DNA of 64,000 nt from Candidatus Xenobia bacterium. Its GTDB lineage: Bacteria > Vulcanimicrobiota > Xenobia > Xenobiales > QWHO01. Where the stretch lies: contig BTUM01000008.1 in the NCBI GenBank assembly GCA_045863235.1, forward strand, positions 59,574 to 123,573, in the 5' to 3' direction. The translations under genes were made by a program, and so were the position numbers. Shown piece after piece: positions 41,724-50,470 of this stretch; position 1 is the first letter of the stretch, and each line of letters opens with the position of its first letter. The notes under the pieces are model-generated. The model worked only from the letters and a program-made list of their open reading frames with translations. It ran no database searches and was not told the DNA's origin.

Positions 41724-43739
41724 GTGCAGATCCCGCCCACCGGATTGACCTTTTCCCCGGCGCTGCGGCCCCAGGTCGCTGCCGACGCTCAGGCTCCTGT
41801 GCAGGCAGCGGCCGAACAGCGGCCGGCCCGTCTGCCAACGGTGGCCGAGCTGAGGCAATGGGCCATGTGCGAGCCGGAGCGTGCCCAGAGCGAGCTGCTC
41901 GGCCTCCTGAAAGGGCGAGCCGAAGGTCTGGCGCGCCTGCGAGCCGTGCTGACGGCGGCCAAAGGCGATGAGCCTTTGAAACGTTTGCTCGAGCCGCACC
42001 GGCAGCAGATCTGGAGCACGGGCAACATGGCCTTCAATCTCAAGCTGCTGGAGGAGAAGCACCTGCCCGACACCGGTTTCGCGCAGCGCGAGTTGTGGCC
42101 CCGGGTGGGCGAGAGCTCGGAAGCGACCCGAGCCCTGCAGACCTTGTGGGAAGTGGCAGGCCCTTACGACCGTAATCAAAGGTTGGCTCCTCTGCTGACC
42201 CTGGAGCGACCGATCGGCCAGGAAATGGGCACCCTGCTGGAACAGCAGTTCACCCGTTGGAGTCGGCCGGGAGCCGAGTTGCGTGCTCACCTGCAGGCCC
42301 GGGTGGAGCAGTCGCTGACCCGGCTGGCCGAGCACCCCCTGGGCCAGGCGCTGCCCGACCCCGAGCTGGAGGCCCATCGCCAGCAACTGCAAGCGCTGAC
42401 GCCATTCGTGGAGGACAAGCAGCTGGCCCGGCGCTTGCTGGAGCGGGTGATGGCCGATCCCAGCTTGGCGCTCTTTAGCGAAGCCGGCAAGGCTTCGGGA
42501 CTTGCCAGCCTTGTCTACCAGCGGATCTTTCCCGACCCGGAAATCAGCCAGGCTCTGCTCTCTGAGCTTGGCAGCGAGCTGAAGTCGGCCGGAAGCCTGG
42601 CCGGGCTCTCCGAGCGGGGTCTACGGGTGTTCGGTGTGCTGGTGGCCCAGGCCGACGACCGGTCCGTGATGGGCCCGCTGGGGGCCGTTCTGGAAGACGA
42701 ATTCCGCCGGCCTCACAGCGACCCGAATCAGGCCGAGCTGCTGACCCGCCTGCTGGTTCTGAATGCCAGTGCCTGCTCCAGCGCCTTGCAGGGCAACTGG
42801 CGCATGGAAGAGAGCTTTCCACGCTTGCGCCAGATGGTGGAGCTGCTGGTGGAGTCCAAGTGGGCCCACGCCGACCGCCAGTGGCACCACCTCGAGAACG
42901 GCTGGGCGGGGGGGCTGACCGAGCAGTTGGAGAAGCACCTCTGGCACGGAATCTATGGCCAGGATCCGGTGCCCACCGTGGCCCCCGTTCAGGACGGGTC
43001 CCTCAGCCTGAGCGTCAAGGCGGGCCGCCAGCACGTGGCCGAAATGCTGGACCAGTTTGCCGCCGGACCCGAGAATCCCAAGGCCGGGGCGGCCATCCAG
43101 ATCCTCGAGCATCTGGCCCAGCGCGATCAGATCCTGGCCGATCACCTCCTGGCCGACAGCAAGACCCTGCTGCGAGACTGGAACTCCGTGCCCGTCGAAG
43201 GGGTGCGCTACGCTGTCGCGCGCCTGCGTAACCGCCTGCTCGAGCGCAACCTGAAGCTGCCGGCCGCCGAGCGCGAGGCAAAGCGCGAGGAGACGCTGCA
43301 GATCGCCGCCAGCATGGGACGCGACGGCGTGCCCCTGGTGACCGCACTGCAGACCTACTACCCGGCCGTGACCCCGGTGGCCACCCGGCTGCTCGATCCG
43401 CAGGCGGTGCTGGCCCTGTATCAGGAGGTGCAGTCACACGGGCCCAACCTCAATCAGCGCTTCGAGTGGGTGGATCGCCTGCTGACCCTGGTACAGGCTC
43501 AGGGCTCGGAGCACGTCTTGGAGGATACCCTGAAGGGCTATCGGCGGCTGGAAGAGCTGCTGGCCAGCGGCCAGAGCCTGACTCAGGCCATGCAGGTGGT
43601 CGCTCTGGAGATCCTCGACCTCAATGGCCTGCTCGGCGGGCAGCCGAACGCCGGCCGAGCGCCCACCATGATTCGGGAGGATTCCACCTCCACGACTTTC
43701 GGAGGCAGCCGGCTCAAGAAACGACGGGTCAGCGACTGA
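41724..43739 (+). CDS. hypothetical helical protein with basic C-terminal GG motif (671 aa)
   Basis: Long ORF filling the gap; Leu/Glu-rich; ends IREDSTSTTFGGSRLKKRRVSD. Confidence 0.75.
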   Translation: MQIPPTGLTFSPALRPQVAADAQAPVQAAAEQRPARLPTVAELRQWAMCEPERAQSELLGLLKGRAEGLARLRAVLTAAKGDEPLKRLLEPHRQQIWSTGNMAFNLKLLEEKHLPDTGFAQRELWPRVGESSEATRALQTLWEVAGPYDRNQRLAPLLTLERPIGQEMGTLLEQQFTRWSRPGAELRAHLQARVEQSLTRLAEHPLGQALPDPELEAHRQQLQALTPFVEDKQLARRLLERVMADPSLALFSEAGKASGLASLVYQRIFPDPEISQALLSELGSELKSAGSLAGLSERGLRVFGVLVAQADDRSVMGPLGAVLEDEFRRPHSDPNQAELLTRLLVLNASACSSALQGNWRMEESFPRLRQMVELLVESKWAHADRQWHHLENGWAGGLTEQLEKHLWHGIYGQDPVPTVAPVQDGSLSLSVKAGRQHVAEMLDQFAAGPENPKAGAAIQILEHLAQRDQILADHLLADSKTLLRDWNSVPVEGVRYAVARLRNRLLERNLKLPAAEREAKREETLQIAASMGRDGVPLVTALQTYYPAVTPVATRLLDPQAVLALYQEVQSHGPNLNQRFEWVDRLLTLVQAQGSEHVLEDTLKGYRRLEELLASGQSLTQAMQVVALEILDLNGLLGGQPNAGRAPTMIREDSTSTTFGGSRLKKRRVSD

Positions 43740-45867
43740 ACTGCCGTTCGAGCTCCTCGGCCCGGGGGACGGCGGGATCGCCTGGCTCCCAGCCAAACCA
43801 GAGATAGACCACAGCTGGCAGAGTGACTCTGCAGTAGTAGCGCAACCGCTGGGTGGCCACCGGCCGGCCGTTCTCTGACCAGACCCAGCCGGCGAAGGGC
43901 TGGGTACGACCCTTATGCATCTCGTAGCGAAAGCGAGTCGGAAAAACCGGATGGATGCGGGCCTGCAGGCGGCGCCCCCGGAGCAGGCAACCCATGTCGC
44001 CTCGCATCATCACGTCGATGTGAGGGGCGAGCAGCAAGACCTCCTCGAGTTGCACTTCCCCCTCGCCCTCCAGGCTGTCGCGCACGGCCAGGCGCTTCTT
44101 CTCGGGCTGGAACAAGAGCTCACGACGCAGACGGAAGGGTCGCTCGGAGCCCATCCAGACGTCGCGGCCGCCGGCCATGGAGAGGCCTTCGCGGCGCTGC
44201 TCCACGGCCAGGCGATGTCCCTCCCCGCTGAGCTGCAGGGGCTCGAGCTCTCCGGCCACGCGCGGGGCTGAGTGGCAGGAAAGGGAGGCGAAGGCCTGAG
44301 CCACCGAGCCTGGAGCTGCCGGCCCTCCCGGCTCGACCAGGACGGGCTCGCCCTCCAGGGTCAGGACCAGGCTGAGCAGATCGTCGTGGGCAAGGGGGGG
44401 CGGGAACCTGGACTCGGGGGGTGCCTCCAGCGGCAAGCCCCGCAGCAGGCACCAGCTCGAGCGCGACTCCCAGCCGTCGCGCACGGTCACCAGCCCGGCC
44501 TCGGGATAATATCCTCCCACCGGGGGCAGAGCGGTATCGCTCAACGAGTCATAGCGCGACTGGGCCGAGGGGCCGAACCACCAGAGCATCTCCATCGGCA
44601 TCTCCCCCGCCAGTCGCGCCAGCGCCCCGTGCCCCAGGGCCAGAGCCCCGAAAGCGAGCAAGCGCTGGGTGTGCTCGGAGGGGCCACAACAGCGGCCCAA
44701 CAGGCCCGGACCCTGGCCACGTCCGATCTCGGGCACGAGCGCGTTGGGCGGGCGCAGATGGCAGAGGGCCTCCAGAGCCTCCTGGGCCCGAGCTGCCAGG
44801 ACATCACCGGTGTGCATCTGGTTCAGGCGGTGCAGAGCTGCTGGCAGCAACAGCCACTCGCAAGCCTGGCGCTGGGCTGCCGCGGAACCGCTCTTGTGCA
44901 GTCCGTCCTGGCCCAACTCGTTCTGGACACAGATCGGGAAAGCCGCCGATGACTGGCGCAGCCACTTCTTGCTGAGCACCAGCTCGGGCAGGGTCAGGGC
45001 CAGCACCTGCAGCGCCGAGGCCGTGCAGAGGCGGGGGTGCTCGTGCAAGCTGCGCGACAGAGCCAGACCGTGTAACAGCAGCGTGCGCAGTACACGGCCC
45101 AGCACATCGGCCGTCAACTGGGCCGACTTGAGGAAGTAGTGCATGGCCAGCAGCCAGTTCAGGGTGCGGTGGGCCACCATCTCGGGGTCCATCCAGTTGA
45201 CCCCGAAGAGAGGCGGATTGCGCTCGCTCCAGTCCACCATCTGCACGATGAACTCGCTGGCGAAGCGCTCATGGCCGGTCAGCCAGTAAGCCCGCCCCAT
45301 GTCCACGAAGTGACCGTGACGGTTGAATTCCCAGGTCACCTGGATGGCCGCCTCGGGACTCGTCCCCGCCAGCTGCTCCTCGAGGTCCTCCAGCGAGCCG
45401 TACATCCACGAGCCGCCCTTGAAGTCGGAGAACCAGTCGATGGCTCCCTGAAAGCTCTGCTCCTCCACCCCCAGAGGGCCAAAGGTGTGGTGCAGCGCCC
45501 GCTCGACCTCGCTCAGAAGCCGGTTGGCCTCTTCGCGCCGCTCGGCCAGAGCCGGCCGCAGCATATCGCACTCGGTGAAGTGCAAGAAGAATAGCGGACG
45601 GATCCGGTCGTGGAAGTGCTCGAGCAGGTGCTCGGAAGCCTCATGCAGGCGCTGGGCCCGGGCAGCGGCCCGAGCTTCCTCCAGCGCCGCGGTGAGCGGA
45701 CTGAGCTGAAAGTAGAGGTCAGGCTCCTCGAGCGTGAGCGGAAGGCGCTCGTGCACATGCTCTGAGAGCCGCGCCTCCAGGTCTTCCTGGTGGCCCAGCA
45801 GAGTCTTGACGCGCTTCTTCAGACCCTTGAACAAACCGCCTTCAGACGGCGCCCACGGGCGCGCCAA
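43729..45867 (-). CDS. heparinase II/III-like protein
   Basis: WEFNRH, W...NPP..GVNW, R..NW, DGLH, HDDLLS...GEPVLVEPG, HS; located in a sugar-modification cluster. Confidence 0.8.
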   Translation of the reverse strand: MARPWAPSEGGLFKGLKKRVKTLLGHQEDLEARLSEHVHERLPLTLEEPDLYFQLSPLTAALEEARAAARAQRLHEASEHLLEHFHDRIRPLFFLHFTECDMLRPALAERREEANRLLSEVERALHHTFGPLGVEEQSFQGAIDWFSDFKGGSWMYGSLEDLEEQLAGTSPEAAIQVTWEFNRHGHFVDMGRAYWLTGHERFASEFIVQMVDWSERNPPLFGVNWMDPEMVAHRTLNWLLAMHYFLKSAQLTADVLGRVLRTLLLHGLALSRSLHEHPRLCTASALQVLALTLPELVLSKKWLRQSSAAFPICVQNELGQDGLHKSGSAAAQRQACEWLLLPAALHRLNQMHTGDVLAARAQEALEALCHLRPPNALVPEIGRGQGPGLLGRCCGPSEHTQRLLAFGALALGHGALARLAGEMPMEMLWWFGPSAQSRYDSLSDTALPPVGGYYPEAGLVTVRDGWESRSSWCLLRGLPLEAPPESRFPPPLAHDDLLSLVLTLEGEPVLVEPGGPAAPGSVAQAFASLSCHSAPRVAGELEPLQLSGEGHRLAVEQRREGLSMAGGRDVWMGSERPFRLRRELLFQPEKKRLAVRDSLEGEGEVQLEEVLLLAPHIDVMMRGDMGCLLRGRRLQARIHPVFPTRFRYEMHKGRTQPFAGWVWSENGRPVATQRLRYYCRVTLPAVVYLWFGWEPGDPAVPRAEELERQFSR

Positions 45868-46954
45868 AGAACTGATGGACCACTTTGGAGACGGTGGCCG
45901 TCTGGTCCTCGGTCAACTCGGGGAACATGGGGAGAGAAAGCACTTCGTGCTGGGCCTTCTCGCTTTCGGGCAGGCTTCCCGCCGGAATCTGCAGATCGGC
46001 GAAAAGGGGCTGCTGGTGCAGGCAGACGGGATAGTAAACCACGCTGCCTACGCCGTGGTCATTGAGGTAGGCCTGCAGCTCCTTGCGCCGGGCGGTGCGA
46101 ACCGTGTACTGATGATAGACGTGGTACGCGCCCGGGGTCGCCTGAGGCACCGTCACCACGTCGCTCAAGAGCTTGTGGTAGCGCTCGGCCACCTGGCGAC
46201 GGCAGGTGTTCCACTGATCGAGATACTTCAGCTTGACACGCAGGGCGGCGGCCTGGATCTCGTCCAGGCGGCTGTTGGTGCCCAGAATTTCGTGGTGATA
46301 CTTCTTGGCGCTGCCGTGGCCGCGCAGCTTGCGCACCTTCTCGGCCAGCTCGGGGCGGTTGCTCAGCACCATTCCGCCGTCCCCGATCCCGCCCAGGTTC
46401 TTGGACGGGAAGAACGAGAAGCAACCGAAGTCGCCGATGGTCCCCACTTTGCGGCCGTTGTAAGTGCAGCCGGCGGCCTGGGCGCAATCTTCGATGACGG
46501 CGAGCTTGTGGCGCGAGGCCAGGGCCATCAGCTCGTCCATCGGAGCGGCATTGCCGTAGAGGTGGACCACCACGAGGGCCCGCGTGCGGGGGGTGATGGC
46601 CCGCTCCACGCTGGCCGGGTCGAGGCAGTAAGTCACCGGGTCGATGTCGGCAAAGACCGGCCTGGCTCCCGCCAGTGCCACCGCTCCGGCCGTGGCCATG
46701 AAGGTGAACGAGGGACAGATCACCTCGTCGCCAGGGGCGATGTCGAGGGCCCGCACCGCCAGGTGCAGGGCGTCGGTGCCGTTGGCCACGCCGATGCCGT
46801 GAGCGGCCTGGTTGTATGCTGCAAACTCGTTCTCGAAGGCCTGGACCTCGGGGCCCAGAATGTAGTGGGTGCCACGCAGTGCGCGCAGGACGGCCTCTTC
46901 CAGCTCCTGGCCGATATTCTTGTACTGGCTGGCCAGCTCTAAGATCGGGATCAT
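45842..46954 (-). CDS. DegT/DnrJ/EryC1/StrS PLP-dependent sugar aminotransferase
   Basis: NGTDAL, VHLYG, EDCAQA, SFFPSKNLG..GDGG, NSRLDEIQAA, LSLPM. Confidence 0.95.
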   Translation of the reverse strand: MIPILELASQYKNIGQELEEAVLRALRGTHYILGPEVQAFENEFAAYNQAAHGIGVANGTDALHLAVRALDIAPGDEVICPSFTFMATAGAVALAGARPVFADIDPVTYCLDPASVERAITPRTRALVVVHLYGNAAPMDELMALASRHKLAVIEDCAQAAGCTYNGRKVGTIGDFGCFSFFPSKNLGGIGDGGMVLSNRPELAEKVRKLRGHGSAKKYHHEILGTNSRLDEIQAAALRVKLKYLDQWNTCRRQVAERYHKLLSDVVTVPQATPGAYHVYHQYTVRTARRKELQAYLNDHGVGSVVYYPVCLHQQPLFADLQIPAGSLPESEKAQHEVLSLPMFPELTEDQTATVSKVVHQFFGAPVGAV

Positions 46955-48018
46955 ACGGTCTCCTTTGCTCTTTTGCTCGGGACGGCTTCGTGGGCGAGGA
47001 CGTCCAGAATTCGTTCGGCCGTGAGGCCGTCTCCATAAAGCTCGGGGTGGGCGGCCGGGGGACGGGTTGTTAGCCCCGCCAGGATGCGGGCCCGGTCGTG
47101 CCCCACCAGCGTGTTCCAGCCGGCGGCCACCGTCTCCACCCACTCGGTCTCTTCGCGCAAGGTCAGGCAGGGGGTCTTGAGCAGATAGGCTTCCTTCTGC
47201 AGCCCTCCCGAGTCGGTCAGCACCAGGCTGGCCCGCTCGAGCCAGGCCAGAATCTGGCGGTGGCCGGCAGGCGGCAACAGACGCACGGGCCCGTCCTCGA
47301 GCAGCCGGTCCAAGCCGGTCTGGCGCAGGATCTGCAGGGTGCGAGGGTGACAGGGGAAGAGCACCGGCTGGCCGTGCTCGCGCAACACCGTCAAAATGAC
47401 TTCCAGGCCCTCAGGAGTCATCTCGGCCCGGTGCATGGTCAGCAGCAGGTAGGGGCCTTCGGGGGCCGGCTCGGCGGGCGGGCCGGCCAGAGTGCGGCGC
47501 AGGGAGTCCACCATGATGTCGCCCACCAGGTGCACGCCGCCGGTGATGTTCTCCCGGGCCAGGTTGTCCACCGCAGTCTGGCAGGAGGCGAAATTCCAGC
47601 GGGCCAGATGGTCGGTCAGCACCCGATTCACCTCTTCCGGAACGCGCATGTCGAAGCAGCGCATCCCCGCCTCGACGTGGGCCACCGGTATGTGCAGCTT
47701 GGCGGCCGCGAGAGCCCCCGCCAGGGTGCTGTTGGTGTCGCCGAAAACCAGCAGCACGTCGGGCGACTCGGCGAGCAGGATCTCCTCCACGCGCTCCAAC
47801 ATGCGCCCGGTCTGGGCTCCGTGGGGAGCCGAGCCCACCCCCAGGTGGTGCTGAGGGCGAGGCAGCCGCAGCTCGTGGAAGAACTGGTCGGACATCCCCT
47901 CATCGTAGTGCTGGCCGGTATGCACCAGCACGCTTTCAAATCGGCCTGCCATGGGCTCGATCAGAGGGGCCAGCTTGATAAACTGGGGGCGGGCCCCCAC
48001 CACGGTAACGATCTTCAC
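46951..48018 (-). CDS. UDP-HexNAc 2-epimerase, second paralog (WbpI-like subfamily)
   Basis: VGARPQFIK, HTGQHYD..MS, GDTNSTLAG, HVEAG.R, PEEVNR, TDSGGLQKEAY, TEWVET. Confidence 0.92.
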   Translation of the reverse strand: MKIVTVVGARPQFIKLAPLIEPMAGRFESVLVHTGQHYDEGMSDQFFHELRLPRPQHHLGVGSAPHGAQTGRMLERVEEILLAESPDVLLVFGDTNSTLAGALAAAKLHIPVAHVEAGMRCFDMRVPEEVNRVLTDHLARWNFASCQTAVDNLARENITGGVHLVGDIMVDSLRRTLAGPPAEPAPEGPYLLLTMHRAEMTPEGLEVILTVLREHGQPVLFPCHPRTLQILRQTGLDRLLEDGPVRLLPPAGHRQILAWLERASLVLTDSGGLQKEAYLLKTPCLTLREETEWVETVAAGWNTLVGHDRARILAGLTTRPPAAHPELYGDGLTAERILDVLAHEAVPSKRAKETV

Positions 48019-49781
48019 GCTCCCCGCCTTTCTGGCAACAGCACGGGCGGCCTCAATTGCGATTCGTAGATGCGCGAGTAGAAACCACCCCGCTCGAGCA
48101 GGGTGGCGTGCTCACCCTCTTCCACCACCTGACCGCCCTCGAGCACCAGAATGCGGTGGGCATGGCGGATGGTGTTGAGACGATGGGCGATGACCAGGCA
48201 GGTGCGCCCGCGCATGGCGCGCTCGATGGCCTCGGTGATCTGGGCCTCCGACTCGGAGTCGATGGAGGAGGTGAACTCGTCTAAAATAAGCACTTTCGGG
48301 TCGCGCAGCATGGCTCGGGCGATGGCGATCCGCTGGCGCTGGCCGCCACTCAAGCGGGCGCCGCGCTCGCCCACCTGGGTGGCATAGCCGTCCGGCAAGC
48401 GGGTGATGAAATCGTGGGCGTTGGCCAGCCGCGCCGCTTGCTCGAGCTGCTCGGGGGTAGCCACGAACCCGCAGGCGATGTTCTCGGCGATGGTCCCGGT
48501 AAACAGGGAAGACTCCTGGATCACCACCCCGACCTGCCGGCGGAGGCTGGAGGCCGTCACCTGGCGGATGTCGTGCCCGTCCACCCGCACCACTCCGGCG
48601 GTGGGGTCGTAGAAACGGGGGATCAAGTTGACCAGGCTGGTCTTGCCCGCCCCGTTCGGGCCCACGATGGCCACCACTTCACCGGGCGCGATGGTGAGCG
48701 TCAGATCGCTCAAGATCGGCTTACCCGGCTGGTACTCGAAGCCCACGCCCTCCAGGCGAATCTCGCCCCGGATCGGAGGCAGCTCGCGGGCGTCGGGCGC
48801 GTCGGCGATATCAGGTGCCTCGTCGAGCACCTCGAAGAGCCGCTTACCGGCAGCGGTGGCGACCTGGAACCGGGCATAGCTGTCGGCCAGCTTGTTGATG
48901 GGATTGGAGGTCATGATCATCAGCATCCAGTACTGGATAACGGCCGTGAACGTGACCGTGCCCTGCAGAATGCGCAGAGCGCCGAACCAGATGATGGCCA
49001 CGATGGCCAGTGCGCACAGGATGTCGGTGAGGGGCAACTGGAACGAGGAGATCTGGATCAACTTGAGCTGAGCTGCGAAGTTCTCTTCGTTCTTGCGCTC
49101 GAAACGCTCAATCTCAAGATTCTCCCGGGTGTAAGCCTTGACGACCTTGATGTTGCCCAGGCTTTCGTGCAGGATGGCGATGAGGTCGGCCAGCCTGACC
49201 TGGATGCGTTCGGTCACAGTGTTGATTCTCTGCCCGATACGCGAGATGGTGATCCCCAGCAGAGGGCTCAGAGTCAAAACCATCAGCGTCATCTGCCAGT
49301 CGAAGTAAACCATCAGGCTGAATGCCCCGGCCACCATCAACAGGTTCTTACCGAAGTCAGCCAGCAACGGATACACGCTGGTGCTGGTCTGAATGTCATT
49401 GGAGAGGCGGGAGATGAGGTCACCCTGGTTGTTGCGGTCGAAATAGGGGACGCTCATGCGCTGGAGATGGCGGAAAATCGCGTTGCGAAAGTCGCGCACG
49501 GCCAGTTGACCGGCCATGTCCACCAGGTAGCGCATCAAGTAGCCCACCACGCCGCCAGCCAGCATCACAAGCATGAATCCGCCGCAAATGAGGTTCAGCT
49601 CGATCAGCGGGTCGCGGCCCTGGTAATTGAAGTTCTCCTCGGTCATCAGCCCGAACAACCTTCCGACGAAAAGGGGCTGGACCAGTTGCGTGACAGTACC
49701 CAGGCAGGTCATGATCAAACCGCCCAGGACATACTTCCAGTAGGGTCGCAGATAGCCCAGAATGCGGCCTAGAATCCGCAT
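48015..49781 (-). CDS. MsbA-like ABC exporter (TMD+NBD)
   Basis: Six-TM domain; GPNGAGKT, LIPRFYDP, LSGGQRQR, ILDE, IAHRL. Confidence 0.92.
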   Translation of the reverse strand: MRILGRILGYLRPYWKYVLGGLIMTCLGTVTQLVQPLFVGRLFGLMTEENFNYQGRDPLIELNLICGGFMLVMLAGGVVGYLMRYLVDMAGQLAVRDFRNAIFRHLQRMSVPYFDRNNQGDLISRLSNDIQTSTSVYPLLADFGKNLLMVAGAFSLMVYFDWQMTLMVLTLSPLLGITISRIGQRINTVTERIQVRLADLIAILHESLGNIKVVKAYTRENLEIERFERKNEENFAAQLKLIQISSFQLPLTDILCALAIVAIIWFGALRILQGTVTFTAVIQYWMLMIMTSNPINKLADSYARFQVATAAGKRLFEVLDEAPDIADAPDARELPPIRGEIRLEGVGFEYQPGKPILSDLTLTIAPGEVVAIVGPNGAGKTSLVNLIPRFYDPTAGVVRVDGHDIRQVTASSLRRQVGVVIQESSLFTGTIAENIACGFVATPEQLEQAARLANAHDFITRLPDGYATQVGERGARLSGGQRQRIAIARAMLRDPKVLILDEFTSSIDSESEAQITEAIERAMRGRTCLVIAHRLNTIRHAHRILVLEGGQVVEEGEHATLLERGGFYSRIYESQLRPPVLLPERRGA

Positions 49782-49803
49782 GGATTGAACCGCGCCCACC
49801 TGC

Positions 49804-50277
49804 TTACCCCAGCGGCTCGAGCAAGAAGATCTTTTGCCCGGACTCGACCACGGCGGCGTTCTCGACGAGGATGCCGGCAACGCGACCGGGCATCTCAGCG
49901 GTGATCTCGTTCATCAGCTTCATGGCTTCAATGATGCAGAGAGTCTGGCCCACGCTCACATGGTCGCCCACCTGCACGAAGGGCGGAGCCCCCGGGTTGG
50001 GGGAGCGATAGAAAACACCCGCCAGAGGCGAGACCACTGGTCTCAAGTTCTCGTTGGCAGGCTCGGGAGCGGCCGTAGCAGGCCGGACCGGAGAGCGTCT
50101 GGCCGCCACCGCCAGCGGCGTCTGGACGGGGACCGCTACCGGTTGAGCCTCCCCCGTATCCACGATCAGGTGGATACGCGCGTTCTCGTTGCGATAATCG
50201 ATCTCGGCCAGACCTTCTTCCCGGGCCACCCGAGCCAGAGCCCGGGCTAATTCGAGATGTTCCTTCAATCCGCTCAC
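49804..50277 (-). CDS. accB: acetyl-CoA carboxylase biotin carboxyl carrier protein
   Basis: SPLAGVFYRSP, IEAMKLMNEI biotinylation site. Confidence 0.95.
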   Translation of the reverse strand: MSGLKEHLELARALARVAREEGLAEIDYRNENARIHLIVDTGEAQPVAVPVQTPLAVAARRSPVRPATAAPEPANENLRPVVSPLAGVFYRSPNPGAPPFVQVGDHVSVGQTLCIIEAMKLMNEITAEMPGRVAGILVENAAVVESGQKIFLLEPLG

Positions 50278-50351
50278 CTCTCGCTGAGGAGCGAGTATCC
50301 CACCTGCTCCCAGGCATGACGATCTGCGACCCCCGCCACAACAGTCGCCTC

Positions 50352-50380
50352 AACATGCCAAAATCCAGCGAGAATGTCAA
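50352..50380 (-). promoter_or_regulatory. putative sigma70 promoter for accB operon
   Basis: Minus strand TTGACA (50380-50375), 17 bp, TGn-CATGTT (50357-50352). Confidence 0.5.
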
Positions 50381-50470
50381 GAAAATCCGGGGTCCGCGGA
50401 GGAGCCCTACGCCCCGCCAGGGACCGCCCGCCTGCACCTGTCTGGAGTAGAGGGCCTCTCGAAGACGCTG

